NCBI GenBank assembly: GCA_964457845.1
Contig: CAYWHP010000007.1
Span: 1,349 to 41,472 of the forward strand
From: an uncultured Porphyromonadaceae bacterium
GTDB taxonomy: Bacteria > Bacteroidota > Bacteroidia > Bacteroidales > UBA12481
Direction of reading: 5' to 3'
Length of the DNA stretch: 40,124 nucleotides
Below the pieces are notes generated by a model. That model saw nothing but the letters and a program-made list of their open reading frames with translations, was not told where the DNA came from and searched no databases. Positions 19,479-27,224 of this stretch are shown here, piece after piece; position 1 is the first letter of the stretch; each line of letters opens with the position of its first letter. The position numbers and the translations under genes were made by a program.

Positions 19479-20849
19479 TCAGCAGCGGTCGAGCTCAAGA
19501 GTGAAGTGGCGCATGATCGGGGCTTCGGATACTATCCTGTAGCCACGCCTGATCTCCCCGGCCCTGTCGAAGGCGAGTTTAACTGCCGCCGCCGCATATT
19601 CCATGTGGCTTTCTGTATACACCCTCCTCGGGATGGCCAGCCTTACCAGCTCGAGTGCCGGAAACCGGTTTTCACGGGTGACGGGATCACGATCAGCCAT
19701 AAGGGCTCCGATTTCAGCGGAGCGGATGCCACCGGCCTTGTACAGCTCCACCACCAGGGTCTGACCGGGAAACTCCTCCCGGGGGACATTCGGAAGGAAC
19801 CGCAGTGCATCAATAAATACTGCATGGCCGCCGATGGGCAGTTGAACAGGGATGCCAAAGGCATGAAGCCGCTCACCCAATCGTGCAACCTGGGTGATGC
19901 GTGCGTCGAGGTAGGAGAATTCAGTTGCCTCACGAAGCCCTACGGCGAGTGCGGCCATATCCCTTCCGGCCTGTCCACCGTACGTGATGTATCCCTCGAA
20001 CATGATATTGTAAACCGTAGCCTGGTTGTATAATGCTTTGTCTTTCAGAGCAATAAAGCCACCAATATTTACGATGCCATCCTTCTTTGCCGACATGGTC
20101 GCACCATCAAAAAGCGAGAACATCTCAAGGACAATCTCCCGGATAGTTTTATCGGCAAAGCCTGGTTCACGTGTTTTAATGAAGTAGGCGTTCTCAGCAA
20201 AACGGGCGGCATCCATGATCAGAAGCTTTCCGTATTTATCCGCGAGATGCCTGACTGCTTTCATGTTATCCATCGAAACAGGCTGGCCTCCGGCAGTATT
20301 GCAGGTTGCCGTGATCAGAATGAACGAAACGAGGTCACCACCGTTGGAAAGCACCTCTTCGAGCTTCTCCAGGTCAACATTTCCCTTAAACGGATGCAGG
20401 CTGGTGGTATCATCGGCTTCGCTTATCGTACAGTTTACGGCAACAGCCTTACGGAATTCAATGTGCCCCTTGGTGGTATCGAAGTGGGCATTTCCGGGGA
20501 CCAGTTGTCCCTCACTCACCAACACCGAGAATAGAACATTCTCCGCAGCACGACCCTGGTGGGTGGGAAGCAGATAATCAAAACCGGAGAGCTCCCGGAT
20601 GGTCTCTTTCAGTTCGTGGTAGGATCTGGACCCGGCGTAGGACTCATCGCCGGACATGATCGCCGACCACTGCCGGTCGCTCATGGCGCCTGTACCTGAA
20701 TCGGTTAGAAAGTCAATAAAAACCTGTTCGCTTCTTAGATTGAAAACATTGTAGCGGGCTTGCCGGATCCAGGTTTCACGCTCCTCCGGAGTGCTCGGAT
20801 AGAGCGGTTCGATCATCTTGATTTTATATGGTTCGCAGGAAGGTAACAT
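19479..20849 (-). CDS. tnaA: Tryptophanase (tryptophan indole-lyase)
   Basis: Beta-eliminating lyase motifs DFLTDSGT, GDESYAG, THQGRAAE, MSAKKD. Specificity residues FDTT, EIG and RHF are tryptophanase-type; tyrosine phenol-lyase has FTTT, ERG and RFF. Confidence 0.9.
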   Translation of the reverse strand: MLPSCEPYKIKMIEPLYPSTPEERETWIRQARYNVFNLRSEQVFIDFLTDSGTGAMSDRQWSAIMSGDESYAGSRSYHELKETIRELSGFDYLLPTHQGRAAENVLFSVLVSEGQLVPGNAHFDTTKGHIEFRKAVAVNCTISEADDTTSLHPFKGNVDLEKLEEVLSNGGDLVSFILITATCNTAGGQPVSMDNMKAVRHLADKYGKLLIMDAARFAENAYFIKTREPGFADKTIREIVLEMFSLFDGATMSAKKDGIVNIGGFIALKDKALYNQATVYNIMFEGYITYGGQAGRDMAALAVGLREATEFSYLDARITQVARLGERLHAFGIPVQLPIGGHAVFIDALRFLPNVPREEFPGQTLVVELYKAGGIRSAEIGALMADRDPVTRENRFPALELVRLAIPRRVYTESHMEYAAAAVKLAFDRAGEIRRGYRIVSEAPIMRHFTLELDRC

Positions 20850-20890
20850 ACTCGTAAGGTTTAAAATGAAATAATGGTGAAAATTGAAAG

Positions 20891-20967
20891 GATACCCGAT
20901 ACCTGATACCTGATACCTGATACCCGATACCCGATACCTGATACCCGATACCCGATACCCGATACCT
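20891..20967. repeat. Heptamer tandem repeat (GATACCY)x11
   Basis: 11 contiguous units, 6 GATACCC and 5 GATACCT, starting 41 nt upstream of the tnaA start. Confidence 0.97.
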
Positions 20968-21053
20968 TAACCCTGCTTTTTGAACGAATCCCGTTCCTTC
21001 AGATTGCGAAAAACCTGGGTGGCTAAAATAGATATGACCCTTGAAGCGTTCAT
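20967..21053 (-). CDS. Putative 28-aa leader uORF upstream of tnaA (MNASRVISILATQVFRNLKERDSFKKQG)
   Basis: Manual translation. The ATG lies 8 nt after a near-consensus -7 box (GAAATTTG) and the TAA abuts the repeat array. No homology evidence. Confidence 0.35.
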   Translation of the reverse strand: MNASRVISILATQVFRNLKERDSFKKQG

Positions 21054-21123
21054 GTAGAGTGCAAATTTCGGAAATAAACCGGACTTGTGTCCAACTTTTA
21101 TCATGAATTGGGGTGTGCTTTTA

Positions 21124-21131
21124 TATTTTTG
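21124..21131 (+). promoter_or_regulatory. -7 promoter box TATTTTTG for the DUF3078 gene
   Basis: Exact TAnnTTTG match 16 nt before ATG 21148. Confidence 0.55.
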
Positions 21132-21147
21132 CACTGTGAAGATCGAG

Positions 21148-22749
21148 ATGAACAGGATATACTACAAATTACTACTCCTTATTTTTATGCTGGGATTGCT
21201 TTCCTTTCCGAAGGCAGTTGCTCAGGTGTCGGATCGAAACGCGCTGGTGCGGGAAGCCCAGAATCTTTCAAAGGATTCACTGATCACACTCCTGCGGGCC
21301 AAGGATTCACTTCTTTCTATCAGGAAGCGCGACTCGATCAATATGGCCAACCTCATTGTAAATCTCGAGTTCAATCGCGATTCTCTCCATTCTGCCCTGA
21401 GCCAATCGATTTATCGGCATAAACTTGACTCTGCCGAACGAATGAGGCGATACCTGAATTTTCGTGAATTCAACAGGAAATCCCGCCAGGGGTTTTATAC
21501 CCCTATCGGTATCATAGATAACGATTCGGTACGAAGCAATGTAAAAGAGGTGGTCGACCTGCTTTTCGAGGACACTGCCTATAACCCGAAGCCCCACCTG
21601 TTGAAGGCATCTGTTGAAAGGCTGCTGAACCACCTTGGAAATGATTCAATCTATTTCCGGATTGTTAATGCCAAAAAGGATACCGTCCCCTTTATCCTGA
21701 AAAAGGACCGTGTAGATTCCACCGCATTTTTCGTGATGAACAGTACCAACGATTCAGCAAGGATCTTTATCAGGAGCCTCGATAAAAACACAATCTACAT
21801 GTGGGTTAACGATGACCTGATGCTGAAGCACCTGCTGAAAAACAAGGGCGAACCCGAAGGAATCGATATCCGGTGGCAGGATCCCGGCAAATTCCGTGTA
21901 GCCAGAAAGCCTTATCCAGTGCCGATTCCCAAATACTGGTACCTTAAAACGCATTTTAGTATGACGTTCAACCAGTATGCCTTTTTGAACTGGGCCAGAG
22001 GGGGGAACACCAACGTGGCACTCAATGCGGATGTTAAGTCATGGGCCAACTATGCCAAGGGCAATATCTCCTGGACCAATTACTTCTGGTTTAATTATGG
22101 TGTACAGAAAGCCGAACTGGTTGAACTGAGGAAGAGTAACGACGTTATAAACGTGATATCGAACCTGTCACATAAGGCGTTCAAGAAATTTGACTACACC
22201 CTCGGATTGACGTATTCGACGCAGGGATTCAGGGGATATGCCTATCCCAATGACTCGGTACCGGTCTCAAAATTCATGGCTCCGGCTGATCTGAAACTTA
22301 AGCTTGGTTTAACCTACAGGCCCAGCCCCAAGCTCACCATCAACATGTCACCTGTCCAGGGGCAGTTCCGGTTTGTACTTGATACGACAATCATTGATCA
22401 AACCAAGTACGGGTTGAAGGCCGATCAGCGGATGAATGCGCAACTTGGAGCATCGGTCACAGTTGACCATAACACCAAGCTGATGAATAACGTCAGCATG
22501 GTCAACCACCTTGAACTCTTCTCAAACTATATCGATCATCCCGAAATGATTAACTTCATATGGCGCATGGATCTGGCATTTAAGATTAACAAGTATTTTT
22601 CCACTACTTTCCATCTTGAATCGGTTTATGATAACCGCATGCTGATTCCCCTTTATGAAATTAAGGATGGCAAGAAAGTTAAGGTGGGCGAGGGAAAGAG
22701 GATTCAGTTCTATGAATTTCTGGGCCTCACATTTATCTACTACCTATAA
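21148..22749 (+). CDS. DUF3078-type outer-membrane beta-barrel protein with long N-terminal extension
   Basis: Signal peptide; C-terminal half has FNQ..F.NWARGG, RKSND, TQ...GY.YPND...SKFMAP, NHLELFSNY, INKYFST and terminal LGLTFIYYL. Confidence 0.8.
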   Translation: MNRIYYKLLLLIFMLGLLSFPKAVAQVSDRNALVREAQNLSKDSLITLLRAKDSLLSIRKRDSINMANLIVNLEFNRDSLHSALSQSIYRHKLDSAERMRRYLNFREFNRKSRQGFYTPIGIIDNDSVRSNVKEVVDLLFEDTAYNPKPHLLKASVERLLNHLGNDSIYFRIVNAKKDTVPFILKKDRVDSTAFFVMNSTNDSARIFIRSLDKNTIYMWVNDDLMLKHLLKNKGEPEGIDIRWQDPGKFRVARKPYPVPIPKYWYLKTHFSMTFNQYAFLNWARGGNTNVALNADVKSWANYAKGNISWTNYFWFNYGVQKAELVELRKSNDVINVISNLSHKAFKKFDYTLGLTYSTQGFRGYAYPNDSVPVSKFMAPADLKLKLGLTYRPSPKLTINMSPVQGQFRFVLDTTIIDQTKYGLKADQRMNAQLGASVTVDHNTKLMNNVSMVNHLELFSNYIDHPEMINFIWRMDLAFKINKYFSTTFHLESVYDNRMLIPLYEIKDGKKVKVGEGKRIQFYEFLGLTFIYYL

Positions 22750-23610
22750 TTACCGGAGCAAAAGATCGGCAATGACGCATACGGCAAATGCGGCACTGGC
22801 AATGCCGTTGGTTGTTCCGAAGGCACGGTTAACCCGTGAAAGGTCATTATGTTTTACAATCGAATGCTGGTAAACCAGAAGTGCGGTGAACCCAGCGGCT
22901 CCGATCCAGTAAAACAGGCCGAATTTCCCCGCTATACCCGCTATAATGACGGCCAGGAATGACAGTCCATGAAGAGCTACCGAAATGGCAAGAGCATTCT
23001 TAACCCCGGCTTTCGACGGTATGGAATGGTAGCCGTGCGATTTATCGAACTGTTCATCCTGCAAAGCATAAATAATATCGAACCCGCTCACCCAGGTAAG
23101 GACTACCGTGCTGAAAATCAATGGAAGCCAGTGGAACTTTGCCGCGAGTACGATGTAAGCACCGATTGGTGCGATAGCCAGCCCCAATCCCAGGACCAGA
23201 TGGCACAGCCAGGTGAATCGTTTTGTATAGCTGTATCCAAGGATGATGAAAAGGGCAACCGGTGACAAAATCAGGCACAATGGATTGATTAGGCCGGCCA
23301 TCGCAATGAACAACAGTCCGTTGGCTACTGAAAATGCAAGTGCAGCTTTGCCCTTGATAATACCGCTCGGGATTTCCCGCCCTGCTGTCCGGGGGTTCTG
23401 GCCGTCGATCGTTCGATCTGCCCAGCGATTGAAACCCATGGCCGCATTCCTCGCAAAAACCATGCACGCAATGCAAAGAAGCAGAGATGTCCAGCTGAAC
23501 GGGAACCCTGACCAGCTCACGGCCAGAAAAAAACCGATCATTGCGAAGGGCATCGCAAAGATGGTATGGCTGAATACCACCAGCGAAAAGTAGTCCTTGA
23601 TACGTGCCAT
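22750..23610 (-). CDS. UbiA-like polyprenyltransferase (4-hydroxybenzoate polyprenyltransferase / MqnP-like)
   Basis: FSHTIFAMPFA, NRWADRTIDGQNPRTA.REIP, YSYTKRFT, GFDIIYALQD..FD; multiple TM helices. Confidence 0.9.
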   Translation of the reverse strand: MARIKDYFSLVVFSHTIFAMPFAMIGFFLAVSWSGFPFSWTSLLLCIACMVFARNAAMGFNRWADRTIDGQNPRTAGREIPSGIIKGKAALAFSVANGLLFIAMAGLINPLCLILSPVALFIILGYSYTKRFTWLCHLVLGLGLAIAPIGAYIVLAAKFHWLPLIFSTVVLTWVSGFDIIYALQDEQFDKSHGYHSIPSKAGVKNALAISVALHGLSFLAVIIAGIAGKFGLFYWIGAAGFTALLVYQHSIVKHNDLSRVNRAFGTTNGIASAAFAVCVIADLLLR

Positions 23611-23681
23611 TAATACAATTTATGCACGAAAATAATCATTCGTCCCGATCCGCCATCGTGCGGGATTCGTACTTTTGCCGC

Positions 23682-24497
23682 ATGATAAAAATGGTGGTAA
23701 CCGATCTCGACGGAACATTGCTCAACAGCCGGCAGGAAGTTGGTGAAGAAGATTTTTCAACGCTGACAGGCCTTGGCAGCCGGGGGGTAATCCGCGTCAT
23801 TGCTACCGGAAGGTCTCCGTATTCATTCCAGCGGGTTATTCAACCCGGATTTCCCATCGATTACCTGGTTTTCAGTTCCGGATCCGGCATCATGGACTAC
23901 AAAACCGGCGAGATTCTCTACTCAATGAACCTCCCGGAATCTGCAGTGCATGAGATCGCCAGGCAGCTCCGCGACCAGAATGTGGCATTTAAAGTACTGG
24001 CCCCGGTTCCGGAGAACCACCATTATGTATTTTACCACAATGGTAACCTTCATCCCGACTTCGTTCGCCGGATGGAGAATTACAGGGGATTCGAAAGACC
24101 GATCTCTTTTGATCCGCCAAATTTCGGGGAAGCCTGCCAGTTTTTGATCATACTTCCGCCAGATGTTGCACGTTTTGAGCAGCTTAAGGCCATGGTAAGC
24201 GGGGTAAAGGTGATCCGTGCCACCTCACCAATGGACCATGAATCGCTGTGGATGGAGATTTATCATCCCGATGTTTCGAAAGGCAATGCAGTGGATTTTC
24301 TCTGCCGGCTAAATGGCATCGACAGATTCGAAGTGATGGGGATTGGCAATGATTACAACGATACCGACCTTCTGGAGTATGCCGGATCCCCGTTCGTAGT
24401 GGCTAATGCGCCTATGGAGCTCAGATCGATGTATCCCGTGGTGCGTTCACACAATGAAAGCGGTTTTTCTGAGGCCGTACGGGCGGTTTCAGCGTAG
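23682..24497 (+). CDS. Cof-type HAD-IIB hydrolase
   Basis: DLDGTLL, IATGRS, SKG, GNDYNDTDLL. Start at MIKMVV (23682), 4 nt after a TACTTTTG box. Confidence 0.9.
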   Translation: MIKMVVTDLDGTLLNSRQEVGEEDFSTLTGLGSRGVIRVIATGRSPYSFQRVIQPGFPIDYLVFSSGSGIMDYKTGEILYSMNLPESAVHEIARQLRDQNVAFKVLAPVPENHHYVFYHNGNLHPDFVRRMENYRGFERPISFDPPNFGEACQFLIILPPDVARFEQLKAMVSGVKVIRATSPMDHESLWMEIYHPDVSKGNAVDFLCRLNGIDRFEVMGIGNDYNDTDLLEYAGSPFVVANAPMELRSMYPVVRSHNESGFSEAVRAVSA

Positions 24498-26930
24498 AAC
24501 GGCACTCAGTTTATTACCGAAAGCAGCGATCAGTTTTTCCATTACCTGGTCGATCTGCTTGTCTGTCAGTGTCTTGTTTTCATCAATCAGGATGAAGCTG
24601 ACAGCAAGCGATTTTTTGCCAGCCCCCAGTTTTTCACTGTGATACACGTCGAAGACGTTCACCTCGCGGAGCAGCTTGCGCTCTGCCTGAAAGGCAAGTT
24701 CTCTTATCTGCTCATACCGGACGGTGCTGTCGACCACGAGTGCCAGGTCCCTGCGCACTTGCGGATATTTGGGCAGACCGGTGAATTTGGTGCCAAGTTT
24801 TACTTTGGTAAACAAAAGGGTCCAGTTGATTTCCGCAAACCACACTTCCTGACCGATTTCCATGGTTTCGAGCAGTCCCGGGTGAACCAGCCCCATCCGG
24901 CAGACCGCGGATTTGCCTGATTTTACGGTAACGGCATAAGCAAAGCGTTCGTCGGCGGACTCTTCTGTTGTGAGTTCACCGAGATTGATACCAAGCCGAA
25001 GCATAATCCGGTCTACGGTGGATTTCAGGTCGTAAAAGGCTGTGTCGGCAACCTTGCCGGTCCAATGTTCGGGTGATTTTTTACCGGTCAGGAAAACCGA
25101 CAGGCAGCGGGTTTCATGGTAGCCTCCGGCAAGAAGTCTGTTCCCGTCTTCCCTGAGTTGATAGATGTTGCCGAACTCATAGAATTTCAGATCGGCATTT
25201 TTGAATTTGATATTGGCGGATATCGCTTCCAGGCCTCCGAAAAGCAGCGTTCTGCGTAGCTGGTTCAGATCATTGCTGAGCGGGTTGAGAAGGTTTACAC
25301 CGGTTTCGGCCGGATAGGATTCAAGATTGTCATAATAGGTGGAACGGGTGAGCGAATTCGCCATGATCTCGTTATATCCTTGTGCTGTAAGCTGCCCGGC
25401 AATCATGTTTTCCAATTTTTCAGGATCCGGATTCGGTGCATAGGAAAGCGTAGAGATCACCTGTTCGGACATGCCTACATTATTGTACCCGTATATCCGG
25501 AGAATATCCTCGATCACGTCGGCCTCACGCTGAACGTCGACCCTGTAGGTGGCGACTGCCAGGTGCAGTCCCTGTTCGCTTTCCCGGACAATTTCTATAT
25601 CCAGTGATTTCAGGATCTTTCTGACTTCATCCCTGTCGATACGGATACCAATCAGCCGGTCAAGGTTCGCCCATTTCAGGTCGACGGGGTAGGGTTGTAC
25701 GGGCTCGGGATAGATATCTACCACATCTGAAGCAATCTGTCCGCCGGCAATCTCGCAGATCATGGCTGCAGCCCGCCTGAGCGCATATAACGTACCATTG
25801 GGATCCGTTCCTCTTTCAAAGCGAAAGGAGGAATCCGTGTACAGGAGATGACGCTTGCTGGTTTTCCTGATCCTGACAGGATTGAAACAGGCCGACTCGA
25901 TAAAAATGGCTTTGGTGGCTTCGGTGACACCGCTGTGAAGTCCGCCGAATACGCCGGCCAGACACATTCCCTCTTCGGCATTGCAGATCATAAGGTCGCC
26001 CGAATCCAGTTTCCTCTCCTGCTCATCGAGGGTTACGAACGGTGTGCCCTGTGGCAAGGTGCCAACGATGATTTTGTTGCCGCGTATCTGTGAGGCATCA
26101 AACGCGTGGAGCGGCTGGCCGGTTTCATGAAGAACAAAGTTCGTGATATCCACAACGTTGTTGATCGGGTTCATTCCGATGCTCCGTAGCCTGTTTTTGA
26201 GCCATAATGGCGATTCGGCAACACGGATACCGGAAACGGTGATCCCGGAATATCGCGAACATCCGTCTGTGTCGGCTATTTCAACGGTAATGTTGAGCTG
26301 ACCGGATTTTTCGGGCAGTGCATCCGATGGCCGGGTGAGCGTAACCTTCTTCTCGGAACCGATTGCTGCACGCAGTTCGCGGGCAACGCCATAATGTGAA
26401 GCGCTGTCGATGCGGTTAGGCGTAAGCCCGATTTCGAAAACATGATCCTCTTCAGTTTCAAAAAGCTCCGAAACCGGCGTGCCTGCAGGTGTCGACGGGT
26501 CGAGTATCAGGATTCCGGAATGATCCTTCCCAATTCCGATTTCATCTTCGGCACAGATCATGCCTTCCGATTCCTCGCCCCGGATCCGTGCTCTTTTGAG
26601 GGTTAAAGGCTCAGGAAAACCATAGAGGGTGCAGCCGACAGGTGCAACGATTACTTTCTGGCCTGCCGCCACGTTTGGTGCACCACAGACAATCCTGAGC
26701 GGAGTGCCGGTTCCTGTGTCAACCGTGGTCAGGCTCAGTTTGTCGGCTTGAGGATGCGCAGTGCATGTAAGAACTTCACCGGTTACAAGCCCGCGCAAAC
26801 TGCCTTTAATCGATTCAAAATCAGTTATGGATTCAACCTCAAGCCCAATGGCGGTAAGAACCGCGGAGGTTTCTTCGTGGGAGAGATCAAGGTTGATATA
26901 GGATCGAAGCCAATTGAACGAAATCTTCAT
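24489..26930 (-). CDS. pheT: Phenylalanine--tRNA ligase beta subunit
   Basis: MKISFNWL, IVCGAPNV, IRGEESEGMICA, LTPNR.D, INNVVDITN, FERGTD, RRDLA, KKSLA, TLTD. Confidence 0.97.
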   Translation of the reverse strand: MKISFNWLRSYINLDLSHEETSAVLTAIGLEVESITDFESIKGSLRGLVTGEVLTCTAHPQADKLSLTTVDTGTGTPLRIVCGAPNVAAGQKVIVAPVGCTLYGFPEPLTLKRARIRGEESEGMICAEDEIGIGKDHSGILILDPSTPAGTPVSELFETEEDHVFEIGLTPNRIDSASHYGVARELRAAIGSEKKVTLTRPSDALPEKSGQLNITVEIADTDGCSRYSGITVSGIRVAESPLWLKNRLRSIGMNPINNVVDITNFVLHETGQPLHAFDASQIRGNKIIVGTLPQGTPFVTLDEQERKLDSGDLMICNAEEGMCLAGVFGGLHSGVTEATKAIFIESACFNPVRIRKTSKRHLLYTDSSFRFERGTDPNGTLYALRRAAAMICEIAGGQIASDVVDIYPEPVQPYPVDLKWANLDRLIGIRIDRDEVRKILKSLDIEIVRESEQGLHLAVATYRVDVQREADVIEDILRIYGYNNVGMSEQVISTLSYAPNPDPEKLENMIAGQLTAQGYNEIMANSLTRSTYYDNLESYPAETGVNLLNPLSNDLNQLRRTLLFGGLEAISANIKFKNADLKFYEFGNIYQLREDGNRLLAGGYHETRCLSVFLTGKKSPEHWTGKVADTAFYDLKSTVDRIMLRLGINLGELTTEESADERFAYAVTVKSGKSAVCRMGLVHPGLLETMEIGQEVWFAEINWTLLFTKVKLGTKFTGLPKYPQVRRDLALVVDSTVRYEQIRELAFQAERKLLREVNVFDVYHSEKLGAGKKSLAVSFILIDENKTLTDKQIDQVMEKLIAAFGNKLSAVLR

Positions 26931-26954
26931 GATGCCAGAATTTTGAGGCGTAAA

Positions 26955-26988
26955 AATAGGAAAAATCCGGATTGGGAGTCCGGATTTT
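26955..26988 (-). terminator. Intrinsic terminator upstream of pheT
   Basis: Perfect 10-bp stem AAAATCCGGA / TCCGGATTTT (26962-26988) with 7-nt loop and a T-rich tail on the - strand. Confidence 0.75.
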
Positions 26989-27085
26989 CACTAACCTAAA
27001 ACCTAACCTATGAAATGATCCAGAATTGGATCATAGAAAATTATGACTTCCATATTGTTATATCCATAACACTGTTACGAAAATC
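26955..27085 (-). ncRNA. Candidate structured small RNA (or pheT leader)
   Basis: Near-consensus -7 box TACTTTCG (27092-27099, - strand), internal hairpins, a TTTCATAGGTTAGGTTTTAGGTTAG segment and a terminal terminator. Ends are approximate. Confidence 0.5.
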
Positions 27086-27224
27086 ACATTGCGAAAGTAT
27101 GAATGATTTTATTTCCTGCAAACTGTTTTTGACCAGATGCGTTGATTTTTTTATAAATGCGTCACTTTGGCGGATGGGACGTAAAAATTGTATTTTTGAC
27201 GCCCGTCACGAAATACTTTTCGAC

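Noticed and set aside
19440-20033. 197-aa + strand ORF and other long shadow ORFs (e.g. 8212-8856, 7094-7594, 30886-31395, 14177-14674)
   Set aside because: They are antisense or alternate-frame to well-supported genes and have no recognisable motifs; expected from codon bias.
19479-20849. Tyrosine phenol-lyase call
   Set aside because: Diagnostic residues (FDTT, EIG, RHF) match tryptophanase, not TPL.
20891-20967. TRAP-binding site (11 repeats upstream of a Trp-related gene)
   Set aside because: TRAP binds (G/U)AG triplets with ~5-nt spacing. These units have period 7 and read RGGUAUC on the mRNA, without GAG/UAG; the count of 11 is probably coincidence.
20891-20967. CRISPR array
   Set aside because: Contiguous 7-mers with no unique spacers and no cas genes; the same applies to the other repeat loci.
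20967-21053. TnaC leader peptide
   Set aside because: No Trp codon and no terminal Pro, so it is not a TnaC orthologue. Kept only as an unexplained uORF.
27003-27053. PheM-like attenuator peptide for pheT (MEVIIFYDPILDHFIG, - strand)
   Set aside because: Only two non-adjacent Phe codons, no evident antiterminator pairing with the terminator stem, and pheT seems to have its own promoter box.
27015-27224. 70-aa N-terminal extension of the M28 peptidase in the ORF track
   Set aside because: It overlaps the candidate sRNA and a -7 box at 27191; the signal peptide starts at ATG 27225.
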